NCBI GenBank assembly: GCA_965277805.1
Contig: OZ255842.1
Location: 5,248,001 to 5,312,000 of the forward strand
DNA length: 64,000 nucleotides
Direction of reading: 5' to 3'
From: Candidatus Lustribacter sp.
GTDB taxonomy: Bacteria > Vulcanimicrobiota > Vulcanimicrobiia > Vulcanimicrobiales > Vulcanimicrobiaceae
The translations under genes were made by a program, and so were the position numbers. The notes beneath the pieces are model-generated. The model saw nothing but the letters and a program-made list of their open reading frames with translations. It was not told the origin of the DNA and ran no database searches. This document shows, one piece after another, positions 28,693 to 37,590 of this stretch. Each line of letters starts with the position of its first letter. Within the stretch, counting starts at the first letter, position 1.

Positions 28693-29787
28693 ATGGCTCT
28701 GGCGTGCGGCATCGTCGGCCTCCCCAATGTCGGTAAATCGACGATCTTTAACGCGCTGACCCGCTCGGCGCAAGCGCTCGCGGCAAACTATCCGTTTGCG
28801 ACGATCGAGCCAAACGTGGGCGAGGTGCCGGTTCCCGACCCGCGGCTCGAAACGCTGGCTGAGATAAGCGCCTCGAAAAAGATCGTTCACGCGACCGTCC
28901 GATTTGTCGATATCGCGGGTCTCGTGCGCGGCGCCGCCAGCGGCGAGGGATTGGGCAACGCGTTCCTCTCCCACATTCGGGAGACCGACGCGATCGCCAT
29001 GGTGGTGCGCTGCTTCGACGATCCCAACATCACGCACGTCGAAGGCGCGCCCGACCCGCTGCGCGACATCGAAATCGTGGCCATCGAAATGGCGCTCGCT
29101 GACTTGGCGACGCTCGGGAAGCGGCGCGAACGGCTCGCGCGCGAGGTGCGTGCCAATCCCAAGCAAGCGCCGCAGCTGACCGCGCTCGACAACCTCGTGC
29201 AGGCGCTGGAGAACAACCGTCCGGCGCGCTCGTTCCCGGCCGATTCGGCCGAGGCGGCGCTGGCGCGCGAGCTCTTTTTGTTGAGCAACAAGCCGATGCT
29301 CTACGTGGCCAACATCGACGAAGCGCAGATTACGGCGCCCGGCCCGATGGTGCAAGCCGTCATCGCGCACGCCAAGGCCGAGAACAGCCGCACGATCGCA
29401 TTCTCGGGCAAGATCGAGTCGGAGTTCGCCGGCCTGACCGATGAGGAGGCGCAGGCCTTCCGCGAGGACTACGGGATCGCGTCGGGCGGGCTCGACCGGC
29501 TTATCGTTGAGGTCTACGACCTGCTCGGCCTGATGACGTTCCTCACCACCGGCGAGCAAGAGAGCCGCGCTTGGACGATCGAAAAGGGCACCAAGGCGCC
29601 GGCGGCCGCCGGGAAGATCCATAGCGACATCGAGCGCGGCTTCATCCGGGCCGAGATCATCGACTACGCCGACTACGTGCAGTACCGCACACCTGAGGCT
29701 CTACGGGCGCTCGGCAAGATCCGCAGCGAGGGCAAGGAGTACGTGATGCGGGAAGGCGACGTGGTCGAGTTCCGCTTCAACGTGTAA
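28693..29787 (+). CDS. ychF: Ribosome-binding ATPase YchF
   Basis: GIVGLPNVGKSTIFNALT, ANYPFATIEPN, DIAGLV, GKIHSD..RGFIRAE, FRFNV. Confidence 0.97.
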   Translation: MALACGIVGLPNVGKSTIFNALTRSAQALAANYPFATIEPNVGEVPVPDPRLETLAEISASKKIVHATVRFVDIAGLVRGAASGEGLGNAFLSHIRETDAIAMVVRCFDDPNITHVEGAPDPLRDIEIVAIEMALADLATLGKRRERLAREVRANPKQAPQLTALDNLVQALENNRPARSFPADSAEAALARELFLLSNKPMLYVANIDEAQITAPGPMVQAVIAHAKAENSRTIAFSGKIESEFAGLTDEEAQAFREDYGIASGGLDRLIVEVYDLLGLMTFLTTGEQESRAWTIEKGTKAPAAAGKIHSDIERGFIRAEIIDYADYVQYRTPEALRALGKIRSEGKEYVMREGDVVEFRFNV

Positions 29788-29867
29788 CGTTTGACCGGAA
29801 AATTGCGTCTTATTGAGTAGATCGGTTCGCCAAATGGCCAATTGGGGTCGCGAGGCGAGGAGGGGTT

Positions 29868-31130
29868 ATGACGACCACGACAGTTCGGGACGTCTCGGTT
29901 TTCGGGGACGCGATGGCCTATTTCGAGGAGGCGGCCTCGCTGCTGAACCTCGAGCCCGGGATCCGGGCGCTCCTGACCCACCCCTCCCGCCAGATCATCT
30001 TCTCGATCCCGTTCCAGCGTGACAACGGCAGTCTCGAGGTCTACACCGGCTATCGGGTCCAGTACAACTTCGCCCGCGGGCCGGCCAAGGGCGGCATCCG
30101 CTATCATCCGGGGGTGACCCTCGATGAGGTCACGGCCCTGGCGTTTTGGATGACCTGGAAGTGCGCCGTCGTCGATCTGCCGTTCGGCGGCGGAAAGGGC
30201 GGCGTCACCTGCGATCCAAGCGAGCTCTCGCCCGGCGAACTCGAGCGCATCACGCGCCGCTACGCGGCCGAGCTCGTCGAGGTCGTCGGCCCCGACAAGG
30301 ACGTGCCCGCGCCCGATGTCGGCACCACGCCCCAGATCATGGCCTGGTTCATGGACACCTACTCGATGCACATGCGCACGAGCGTGCCCGGAGTCGTCAC
30401 CGGAAAGCCGGTGGAGATCGGCGGTTCGGCGGGGCGGGTGGAAGCGACCGGCCGCGGCGTGTCGCTCGTCGCGTTCGAAGAGCTGAATCATCTCGGCATC
30501 GCGCCCGGCGAGGCGCGCGTCGTCGTGCAAGGCTTCGGCAACGTCGGATCGGTTGCGGCCAAGATGTTCGCGGCGCGCGGCTGCAAGGTGATCGGCATCT
30601 CCGATATCAGCGGCGGCTACGTCAACCGTAACGGGATCGACATTCCCGGCGCGATCGCGTACGCGCAGGAGCATCACTCGCTGGAGGGTTATCGCGGGGG
30701 CGAGCACGTTTCGAATGAAGATCTGCTCGAAGCCGAGTGCGACGTGCTCGTGCCGGCCGCGCTCGAGAAAGTACTGACCGCCGAAAATGCCGAGCGCATC
30801 CGCGCGAAACTGATCGTCGAAGGCGCTAACGGACCGACCACGCCCGAAGCCGATCACATCTTACAGCGCAAGGGCACGGTGATCGTTCCCGACATCCTCG
30901 GCAACGCCGGCGGCGTGATCGTTTCGTATTTCGAATGGGTGCAGGACCGTCAGGGCTACTTCTGGCGCGAATCGGAAGTCAACGAGCGGCTCGAAGAATT
31001 GTTGCTTACGAACTTCCGCCGCGTGCGCGAAGTCGCGATCTCGCGCAAGATCCCGTATCGCACGGCCGCCTACGTGGTCGCGATCGAGCGCGTCGTGCGC
31101 TCGATGAAAATGCGGGGCGTCTACGCCTGA
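29868..31130 (+). CDS. gdhA: Glutamate dehydrogenase (Glu/Leu/Phe/Val family)
   Basis: GPAKGGIRYHP, PFGGGKGG, DVPAPDVGT, QGFGNVG, EGANGP. Confidence 0.93.
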   Translation: MTTTTVRDVSVFGDAMAYFEEAASLLNLEPGIRALLTHPSRQIIFSIPFQRDNGSLEVYTGYRVQYNFARGPAKGGIRYHPGVTLDEVTALAFWMTWKCAVVDLPFGGGKGGVTCDPSELSPGELERITRRYAAELVEVVGPDKDVPAPDVGTTPQIMAWFMDTYSMHMRTSVPGVVTGKPVEIGGSAGRVEATGRGVSLVAFEELNHLGIAPGEARVVVQGFGNVGSVAAKMFAARGCKVIGISDISGGYVNRNGIDIPGAIAYAQEHHSLEGYRGGEHVSNEDLLEAECDVLVPAALEKVLTAENAERIRAKLIVEGANGPTTPEADHILQRKGTVIVPDILGNAGGVIVSYFEWVQDRQGYFWRESEVNERLEELLLTNFRRVREVAISRKIPYRTAAYVVAIERVVRSMKMRGVYA

Positions 31131-31468
31131 TGTGACGGCGGGATGATCTGCTGCATCGAAGGTTCCTGCGTTTCACCGCCGGCCTCTTCGTATGCCGCCA
31201 ACGTTCCATCGTAGACGCGCACGTCGGCGAAGCCATCGGCGCGCATCCGCTCGGCAATGCGTTCGAGCGTTTCATCGTGCCCGTGTTCCGAGTAGAGGAC
31301 CACGCGGTCTTCGTGTGAGATCGGCAGCGCGAGGTGCTCGGCTTCGAGTAATTCGCTCGGGCTATAACGGATCGCGCCGCGGATTTCACGCCGGCCCGGT
31401 TGCTTGCCCGCATTGATGATCGTCGTGTGCGGATCGTGGGACAGGAGCTCGCTTTCCGATATCGTCAT
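31121..31468 (-). CDS. Single-domain rhodanese-like protein lacking the catalytic Cys
   Basis: EIRGAI, VVLYSEHG (canonical VVYC..G), YDGTLAAYEEAG. Confidence 0.7.
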   Translation of the reverse strand: MTISESELLSHDPHTTIINAGKQPGRREIRGAIRYSPSELLEAEHLALPISHEDRVVLYSEHGHDETLERIAERMRADGFADVRVYDGTLAAYEEAGGETQEPSMQQIIPPSHQA

Positions 31469-31485
31469 TTGCCCGGTATTCCCAC

Positions 31486-32830
31486 CTAGGGGGCAAACGC
31501 AACTTGCGCGCGCAGGCGGATACTGCTGAGGACGGCTGCGATCACGATGCAGGTGCAGGCGACGACCAGCGCCGTCGTCGGCGTGCCGCCCATTTCGAAC
31601 ACGATGGCCACGAACACCGCGCCGAGCGTTTGACCCGTCACGCGCGCGGTCGTCATGACGGCGGCCGCGCGGCCGGTCTTTTCGTGCGGCGCGGAGATGA
31701 GGATCGCGCGGTTGTTCGGCGTTTGGAACGTCGCGAAGCCGGCTCCGGCGATACCCGCGAACGTGACGATCGTCCAGACCCCGGGCGCCGCGGGCAATAA
31801 CGCAAAGCCCGCCAGCCCGGCGCCCATGACGAGGATCCCGAGCGTGCAAAGGATCGAGGCCGGATGGCGGTCGGAGAGACGTCCCATCTGCAGCGCCACG
31901 ATCAGCGAGGCGAACGGCCATGCCGAGAGCAGCAACCCCGACTCCCACGGCGACTTACCGAGCACGTTTTGAAAGTAGAACGGCAGCGAAACGTAGGCGA
32001 TGCTCTGGGCCGCATACGTGGCCGACGATGCGATGATCGAGACGCTGAAGATCGGCACGCGAAAGAGCTCGACCGCGAGCAGCGGGTGCGTGAGGCGCAA
32101 CTGGCGGTGGACGAATAGGCCCATCGCGGCGATCCCGATCGCGCCGGCGGCAGCATCGCCGAGCCCGGGGTGCGGGCGCGCAAAGGCATCGAGCGCATAG
32201 AACAACGCGCCGAACGCAAGCGCGGCGAGCCCGGCCGACGGGTAGTCGAGTTTGGCGCCCGACTGCGGAATGTGCGGAAGAAAGCGCCAGCCGAGCACGA
32301 GCGCTGCGAGCGCAAACGGAATGATGAACGCAAAGATCCAGTGCCACGACGCGAAGGCCAGGATCAGGCCGCCGAGCGTCGGTCCGCTGACCGTGCCGAC
32401 GGCGACGAACGTGGTGTTCACGGCGAGCGCGCGGCCGAGTTGTGACGGCGGAAACAGCGCGCGGTTGAGCGTGTTGACGGTGACGATCACGGCGGAGCCG
32501 CCGAGACCTTGCAGCACGCGCAACAGCACGAGCACCGTGAAATTCGGCGCCAGCGCGCAGCCGAGCGTTGCGAGCGCGAACACGAACATCCCGCCGAGGT
32601 AGAGCCGCTTCGAGCCGCGCGCGTCGCCGGGCCGCGCCGAAAAAGAGCAGCGTCATCGTCGTCGCGAGCTGCACGCCGTTGACGACCCAGATCGACTGGG
32701 CCGACGTGATGTGGAAGCTCGTGACGATCGTCGGCAGCGCCGTGTTGGTGATCGAACTCGAGATCGACGTGATGAACGTCCCGAGCGCGGTTGCCGTGAG
32801 CGCCAGCAGGCGCCCGGATGGGGCTTTAAG
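31486..32830 (-). pseudogene. DHA2-type MFS efflux transporter with a frameshift near 32630 (pseudogene or sequence error)
   Basis: The N-terminus (LGTFITSISSSITNTALPTI...WVVN) lies in the frame of ORF 31955..33061. The remainder (GDARGSKRLYLGG, LRVLQGLG, GPTLGG) lies in the frame of ORF 31486..32589. Confidence 0.75.
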
Positions 32831-33707
32831 CGAAGGCTTGTTCCGCGTGGTAGGAACTGCGCGACAGCGGACTCGATACGACCTGACGGAAGCCCTTGGA
32901 GACGCCGAGATCGCGCAGCCGCGCGAACTTCTCGGGCGTGACGAACTCGACGACCTTGAGATGCCGTTTGGTCGGCTGCAAATACTGTCCCATGGTGAAA
33001 ATGTCGACGCCGATCGCGCGCGCGTCGTCCATCGCTTGCTCGATCTCGGCTTCCGTTTCACCCAAGCCCAACATCAGCGATGTCTTCGTGTAGCGGACTT
33101 TGCCGCTCTTCTTCGCATGATCGAGGATCGCGAGCGACTGCTTGTACGTCGCGCGCCGATCGCGCACGCTCGCCTGCAGGCGGGAAACGGTTTCGAGGTT
33201 GTGCGCGAGCACTTCGGGCTGCGCGTCGAGCACGATGTCGAGTGCGGCGAGATCGCCGGCGAAATCACCGGTAAGACATTCGACTTTCGACCCCGGCGAT
33301 TTTTTGTGGATCTGCCGCACGGTGTTGGCGAAGATCGTGGCGCCGCCGTCGGCGAGATCGTCGCGGTCGACCGCCGTCAAGACGAGGTAGTTCCAACCCA
33401 GTTCGGCGACCGCTTCGGCTACGCGTCTGGGTTCGAGCCAATCGACCTCGCCCTTGGGCGAGCCCGTCTTCACGTTGCAGAAGTGGCAGCCGCGCGTGCA
33501 CGTGTCGCCGAGAATCATGATCGTGGCGGTGCCGGCGCCCCAGCACTCGCCGAGGTTCGGGCACATCGCCTCTTGGCACACCGTGTGCAGATCGAGCCGC
33601 TTCACGTTGGCCTTGACGTGCTCGTACGCTTCGCCGCGCGGCAGCTGCACCTTCAGCCACGGGGGCTTGCGCGCTGGTTGCGGGTTGATCAGGTCGATCG
33701 TTTCCAT
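32826..33707 (-). CDS. lipA: Lipoyl synthase
   Basis: RKPPWLK, CQEAMCPNLGEC, CTRGCHFC, RSSYHA. Confidence 0.97.
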   Translation of the reverse strand: METIDLINPQPARKPPWLKVQLPRGEAYEHVKANVKRLDLHTVCQEAMCPNLGECWGAGTATIMILGDTCTRGCHFCNVKTGSPKGEVDWLEPRRVAEAVAELGWNYLVLTAVDRDDLADGGATIFANTVRQIHKKSPGSKVECLTGDFAGDLAALDIVLDAQPEVLAHNLETVSRLQASVRDRRATYKQSLAILDHAKKSGKVRYTKTSLMLGLGETEAEIEQAMDDARAIGVDIFTMGQYLQPTKRHLKVVEFVTPEKFARLRDLGVSKGFRQVVSSPLSRSSYHAEQAFA

Positions 33708-33714
33708 GACTCTT

Positions 33715-34389
33715 TTATCTCGACGCTGCGAGCAGCGGCGCGGTTGCGGAAGCGTCCTCGAAGCGCAGGTTGAATTCGGCTTCGAGCGCCGGCAGCAGCG
33801 CATCGCGCGCTTCGGCCCAGCTGACGTCGCGGCCGAGTTCGCGGGTGATCGACGTAATGCCGAACTCGGGCGTTCCACACGGCGTGATCAGGCGGTCGTA
33901 GTCGAGCACGGTGTTCGCGTTGAGCGCGAGCCCGTGTAGCGACGTCATCTTTTGCACGGCGAGGCCGACGGCGCAAATCGCCTTGTCGCCGACGTACACG
34001 CCGCGATGTTCCTTACGCCCAGCCGCGCTTATCCCGAAGGTCGCGAGCGCCGCAATCACCGCGCGCTCGAGTGCCGAGACGAAGGGCACAACTTCGCGAA
34101 AGCGCGGCAGCTTGCGAATCGGGTAGACGACCAGCTGCCCCGGCCCGTGATAGGTCACGTCGCCGCCGCGTTCGACGTCGACGACGTCGACGCCGCGGGC
34201 GGCCAGCAGTGGGCGCGCGACGAGCACGTTCTCGTCTTTCGCCCGGCGTCCGAGCGTGATGACCGGATCGTGTTCGACGACGAGCCACGTATCGGGCTCG
34301 CGCCCTTCGGCGACGGCTGCGTGCAGCGAACGTTGCAGCGCCCATACCTCACGGTACGGGCGCCGGCCGAGATCGAGCAGCCGGGCCAT
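33715..34389 (-). CDS. lipB: Lipoyl(octanoyl) transferase
   Basis: VEHDPVITLG, RGGDVTYHGPGQLVVYP, HGLALN, PCG. Confidence 0.95.
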   Translation of the reverse strand: MARLLDLGRRPYREVWALQRSLHAAVAEGREPDTWLVVEHDPVITLGRRAKDENVLVARPLLAARGVDVVDVERGGDVTYHGPGQLVVYPIRKLPRFREVVPFVSALERAVIAALATFGISAAGRKEHRGVYVGDKAICAVGLAVQKMTSLHGLALNANTVLDYDRLITPCGTPEFGITSITRELGRDVSWAEARDALLPALEAEFNLRFEDASATAPLLAASR

Positions 34390-34401
34390 CGCCGTTTGCG
34401 C

Positions 34402-35850
34402 TTAGACCGCCGCGGGTTGCTTGGCGGGCTTGGGGTTGGGGATGTGGATCGCTTTACCGTGCATCGCTTCGGCCGCGTCCATGATGGACTCGGTGAGCGT
34501 CGGATGCGGATGGATCGAAAGGCCGATGTCTTCGACCGTCGCGCCCATCTCGAGCGCGATGAGGCCTTCGCCGATCAACGATTCGGCTTGCGGCGCGACG
34601 ATGTGCATGCCGAGCAAGAGATCGGTTTTCGCATCGCCGATCAGCTTGATCAACCCGTCGGTCTCGTTCATCGTGCGCGCGCGCCCCGATGCCAAGAGCG
34701 GGAACTTCCCGATCTTGATCGTGTAGCCGGCGGCTTTGGCTTCCTCTTCCGAGAGGCCGACGGTGGCGACTTCGGGATCGGTGTAGACGCAGTTCGGAAT
34801 CGCGACCGGATCGAACGCCGAGGCCTTGTCGCCGGCGATGACTTCCGCCGCCACGACGCCCTCTTTCATCGCCTTGTGCGCGAGCAGCGGGCCGCCGGTA
34901 ATGTCGCCGATCGCGTAGATGCCGTCGACGGCGGTCTTGCGCTGCGCATCGACGTCGATGAAGCCTTTCTCGTTGATCTTGAGACCGGCCGCTTCGAGGT
35001 TCAGCCCGTCGGTTACCGGACGTCGGCCGACGGCGACGAGCACCATGTCGAACTCGCGCGTTTCGGGCTTGCCGCTCGTATACTCGCCGTTGAAGGTGGC
35101 TTTGACTTTCTGGTCGCCGGTTTTCTCGATCGTCTCAACCTTGGTCGAGAGCGCGATCTCGATGCCTTGCTTTTTGAGGATGCGGCCGAGCGTTTTCGAG
35201 ATCTCGAGATCGGTGCCGGTCAAAATGTTGGCCAGCGCTTCGACCACGAGCACGTTCGCGCCGAAGCGCGTATAAACAGTCGCGAACTCGAGACCGATCA
35301 CGCCGCCGCCGACGATCAGCAAGTTCTTCGGAATGCGTTTGAGCTGCACGGCGTCATCGGAGTTGATGATCGTGTCGCCGTCGTGCGGCCACGCCTTGAC
35401 GTCGATCGGTGCGCCGCCGGTGGCAATCACGATCGCTTGCGCGGTGTACTCGTCGGTCGTGCCGTCTTTCTTCTTGAGCGAAACCGTGTTCTTGCCGGTG
35501 AACGACGCCTGGCCGTACGCAAACGTCACGTTGTTCGCCTTGAACAGCGAATTGACGCCGCCGACGTTGCCCTTCACGACCTTGTCTTTGAACCCGACCA
35601 CGCCTTCGCGGTCGACTTCGGCCTTCGGCACCTTGATACCGATTTCGGCGGCGTGATCGATCTGGCGCGTGATCTCGCCGACGTGCAGCAGCGCCTTCGT
35701 CGGAATGCAGCCCCAGTTGAGGCAAACGCCCCCGACTTCGTCGCGGTCGAAGCACACGACGTTCTTGCCCAGCTGACCGAGGCGGATCGCTGCGTGATAG
35801 CCGCCCGGGCCTGCGCCGATCACGAGTGCGTCGACGTTAATTGATGCCAT
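34402..35850 (-). CDS. lpdA: Dihydrolipoyl dehydrogenase
   Basis: [36 protein letters not shown]. Confidence 0.97.
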   Translation of the reverse strand: MASINVDALVIGAGPGGYHAAIRLGQLGKNVVCFDRDEVGGVCLNWGCIPTKALLHVGEITRQIDHAAEIGIKVPKAEVDREGVVGFKDKVVKGNVGGVNSLFKANNVTFAYGQASFTGKNTVSLKKKDGTTDEYTAQAIVIATGGAPIDVKAWPHDGDTIINSDDAVQLKRIPKNLLIVGGGVIGLEFATVYTRFGANVLVVEALANILTGTDLEISKTLGRILKKQGIEIALSTKVETIEKTGDQKVKATFNGEYTSGKPETREFDMVLVAVGRRPVTDGLNLEAAGLKINEKGFIDVDAQRKTAVDGIYAIGDITGGPLLAHKAMKEGVVAAEVIAGDKASAFDPVAIPNCVYTDPEVATVGLSEEEAKAAGYTIKIGKFPLLASGRARTMNETDGLIKLIGDAKTDLLLGMHIVAPQAESLIGEGLIALEMGATVEDIGLSIHPHPTLTESIMDAAEAMHGKAIHIPNPKPAKQPAAV

Positions 35851-35889
35851 AACTCTCCTAGAACCTAGTGAAAACGAACGTTGGTTTCG

Positions 35890-37587
35890 TTAAAGAAGTG
35901 AGCGGCGCATATCGGCGAGCACGCCCGACAAGAAGGTGACGAACCGGGCCGCTTGCGCGCCGTCGATGACCCGGTGATCGTATGAGAACGAGAGCGGCAA
36001 GATCAGCCGCGGGTTGAAGGCCTTGCCGTCCCAGACCGGCTTCATCGACGTGCGCGATGCCCCGAGGATCGCGACTTCGGGCGCGTTGATGATCGGCGTG
36101 AAATACGTGCCGCCGATGCCGCCGAGACTCGAGATCGTGAACGTGGCGCCGATCATGTCGCCCATGCCGAGCTTGCCGTCACGCGCCTTCTTCGAGAGAT
36201 CCGTCATGTCGCGCGCGATATCGAACACGCCTTTCTTGTCGGCGTCCTTGACGACCGGAACGACGAGACCGTTCGGGGTGTCGGCCGCGAAGCCGATGTT
36301 GTAGTACTGCTTGAGCACCAGCTCCTCGCCGTCGAGCGAGCTGTTGACGGCGGGGTACTTCTTGAGCGCGGCGACCGATGCTTTGATGATCAACGCCAGC
36401 ATCGTGAGCTTGACGTCCTTTTGCTCGTTGTTCATCGCGACGCGGAACGCTTCGAGATCGGTCACGTCGGCGTCTTCGCACTGCGTGACGTGCGGGATCA
36501 TCGCCCAGTTGCGCGCCAGGTTGGGCCCCGAGAGCTTCTGGATGCGCGTCAGCGGGACGCGTTCGATCGGCCCGAATTTTGTGAAATCGACTTTCGGCCA
36601 CGGCAGCAACTGCAAACCCGTTCCGCCGGCGACGCCGTTGGACGGGGTGGCCGGCGGATTCGCCAGCGTTTGTTTGACGAAGCCTTGCACGTCTTCGCGT
36701 GTGATCCGGCCATTGGGTCCGCTGCCGCGCACGGCGCCGAGCGTGACGCCGAGTTCGCGCGCAAAGCGCCGGATCGCCGGGCTCGCGTGAACGATCAGTC
36801 CGTTGCCGGCGTGCCCGTTGGTTGCCGCAGGCGTTGCGGGCGCTGTAGCCGCGGGCGCTGCAGCGGCGGCGGGTGCCGGTGCCGGAGTTGCGGGTGCTGC
36901 AGCGGCGGGCGCGGGCGCGGTGGGCGCCGCTGCGGGTGCGGCAGCAGAGGCCGCCGTCTCGACGATGGCCAGCACGTCGCCTTGCGAGACTTTGTCGCCG
37001 ACGCGCACTTTAACGTCACGAATTTTCCCCGCGCTCGTCGCGGGAACTTCCATGGTGGCTTTTTCGCTCTCGAGTTCGACCAGCGGCGCGTCTTTCTCGA
37101 TCGTATCACCGGTGTTGATGAACACCGTGATCACCGGTACGCCGGTGAAGCCGCCGATATCGGGAACCGTCAGTTCCGTCACGGTCGCGGGGCCGGGTGC
37201 CGCAGCACCATTTGGCGCGGGAGCCGCGGCTGGTGCAGATGCTGGTGCCGGTGCGGCTGCGGGTGCCGGCGCCGAAGCGGGTGCGGCGGCTTGCGGTGCT
37301 GCCGCGGCCGGCGCGGGAGCTGCCGCGGGTGCCGGAGCGCCGGCAGCGTCGGCCGTCTCAACGCTGATCAGCACGCTGCCTTCGCTGACTTTATCGCCGA
37401 CCTTCACCTTGATGTCTTTGACCACGCCGGCCAGCGTCGACGGAACCTCCATCGTCGCTTTGTCCGACTCGAGCGTCACGAGCGGCGCGTCTTTCGCGAT
37501 CGTGTCGCCCGCCGCAACGAGTACCTCGATCACGGGCACATCGTTGAAGCCGCCAATATCGGGAACCTTGACCTCGGCTAGAGCCAT
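35890..37587 (-). CDS. aceF: Pyruvate dehydrogenase E2 with two lipoyl domains
   Basis: ESDKATM and ESEKATM lipoyl motifs, Ala/Pro linkers, HASPAIRRFAR, SYDHRVIDG. Confidence 0.95.
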   Translation of the reverse strand: MALAEVKVPDIGGFNDVPVIEVLVAAGDTIAKDAPLVTLESDKATMEVPSTLAGVVKDIKVKVGDKVSEGSVLISVETADAAGAPAPAAAPAPAAAAPQAAAPASAPAPAAAPAPASAPAAAPAPNGAAAPGPATVTELTVPDIGGFTGVPVITVFINTGDTIEKDAPLVELESEKATMEVPATSAGKIRDVKVRVGDKVSQGDVLAIVETAASAAAPAAAPTAPAPAAAAPATPAPAPAAAAAPAATAPATPAATNGHAGNGLIVHASPAIRRFARELGVTLGAVRGSGPNGRITREDVQGFVKQTLANPPATPSNGVAGGTGLQLLPWPKVDFTKFGPIERVPLTRIQKLSGPNLARNWAMIPHVTQCEDADVTDLEAFRVAMNNEQKDVKLTMLALIIKASVAALKKYPAVNSSLDGEELVLKQYYNIGFAADTPNGLVVPVVKDADKKGVFDIARDMTDLSKKARDGKLGMGDMIGATFTISSLGGIGGTYFTPIINAPEVAILGASRTSMKPVWDGKAFNPRLILPLSFSYDHRVIDGAQAARFVTFLSGVLADMRRSLL

Positions 37588-37590
37588 GCT

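Noticed and set aside
28668-29836. Shared 10-mer TCGCCAAATG upstream of ychF and gdhA
   Set aside because: Only two non-palindromic occurrences; cannot be distinguished from chance.
36820-37350. Low-complexity repeats in aceF
   Set aside because: Ordinary Ala/Pro linkers of E2.
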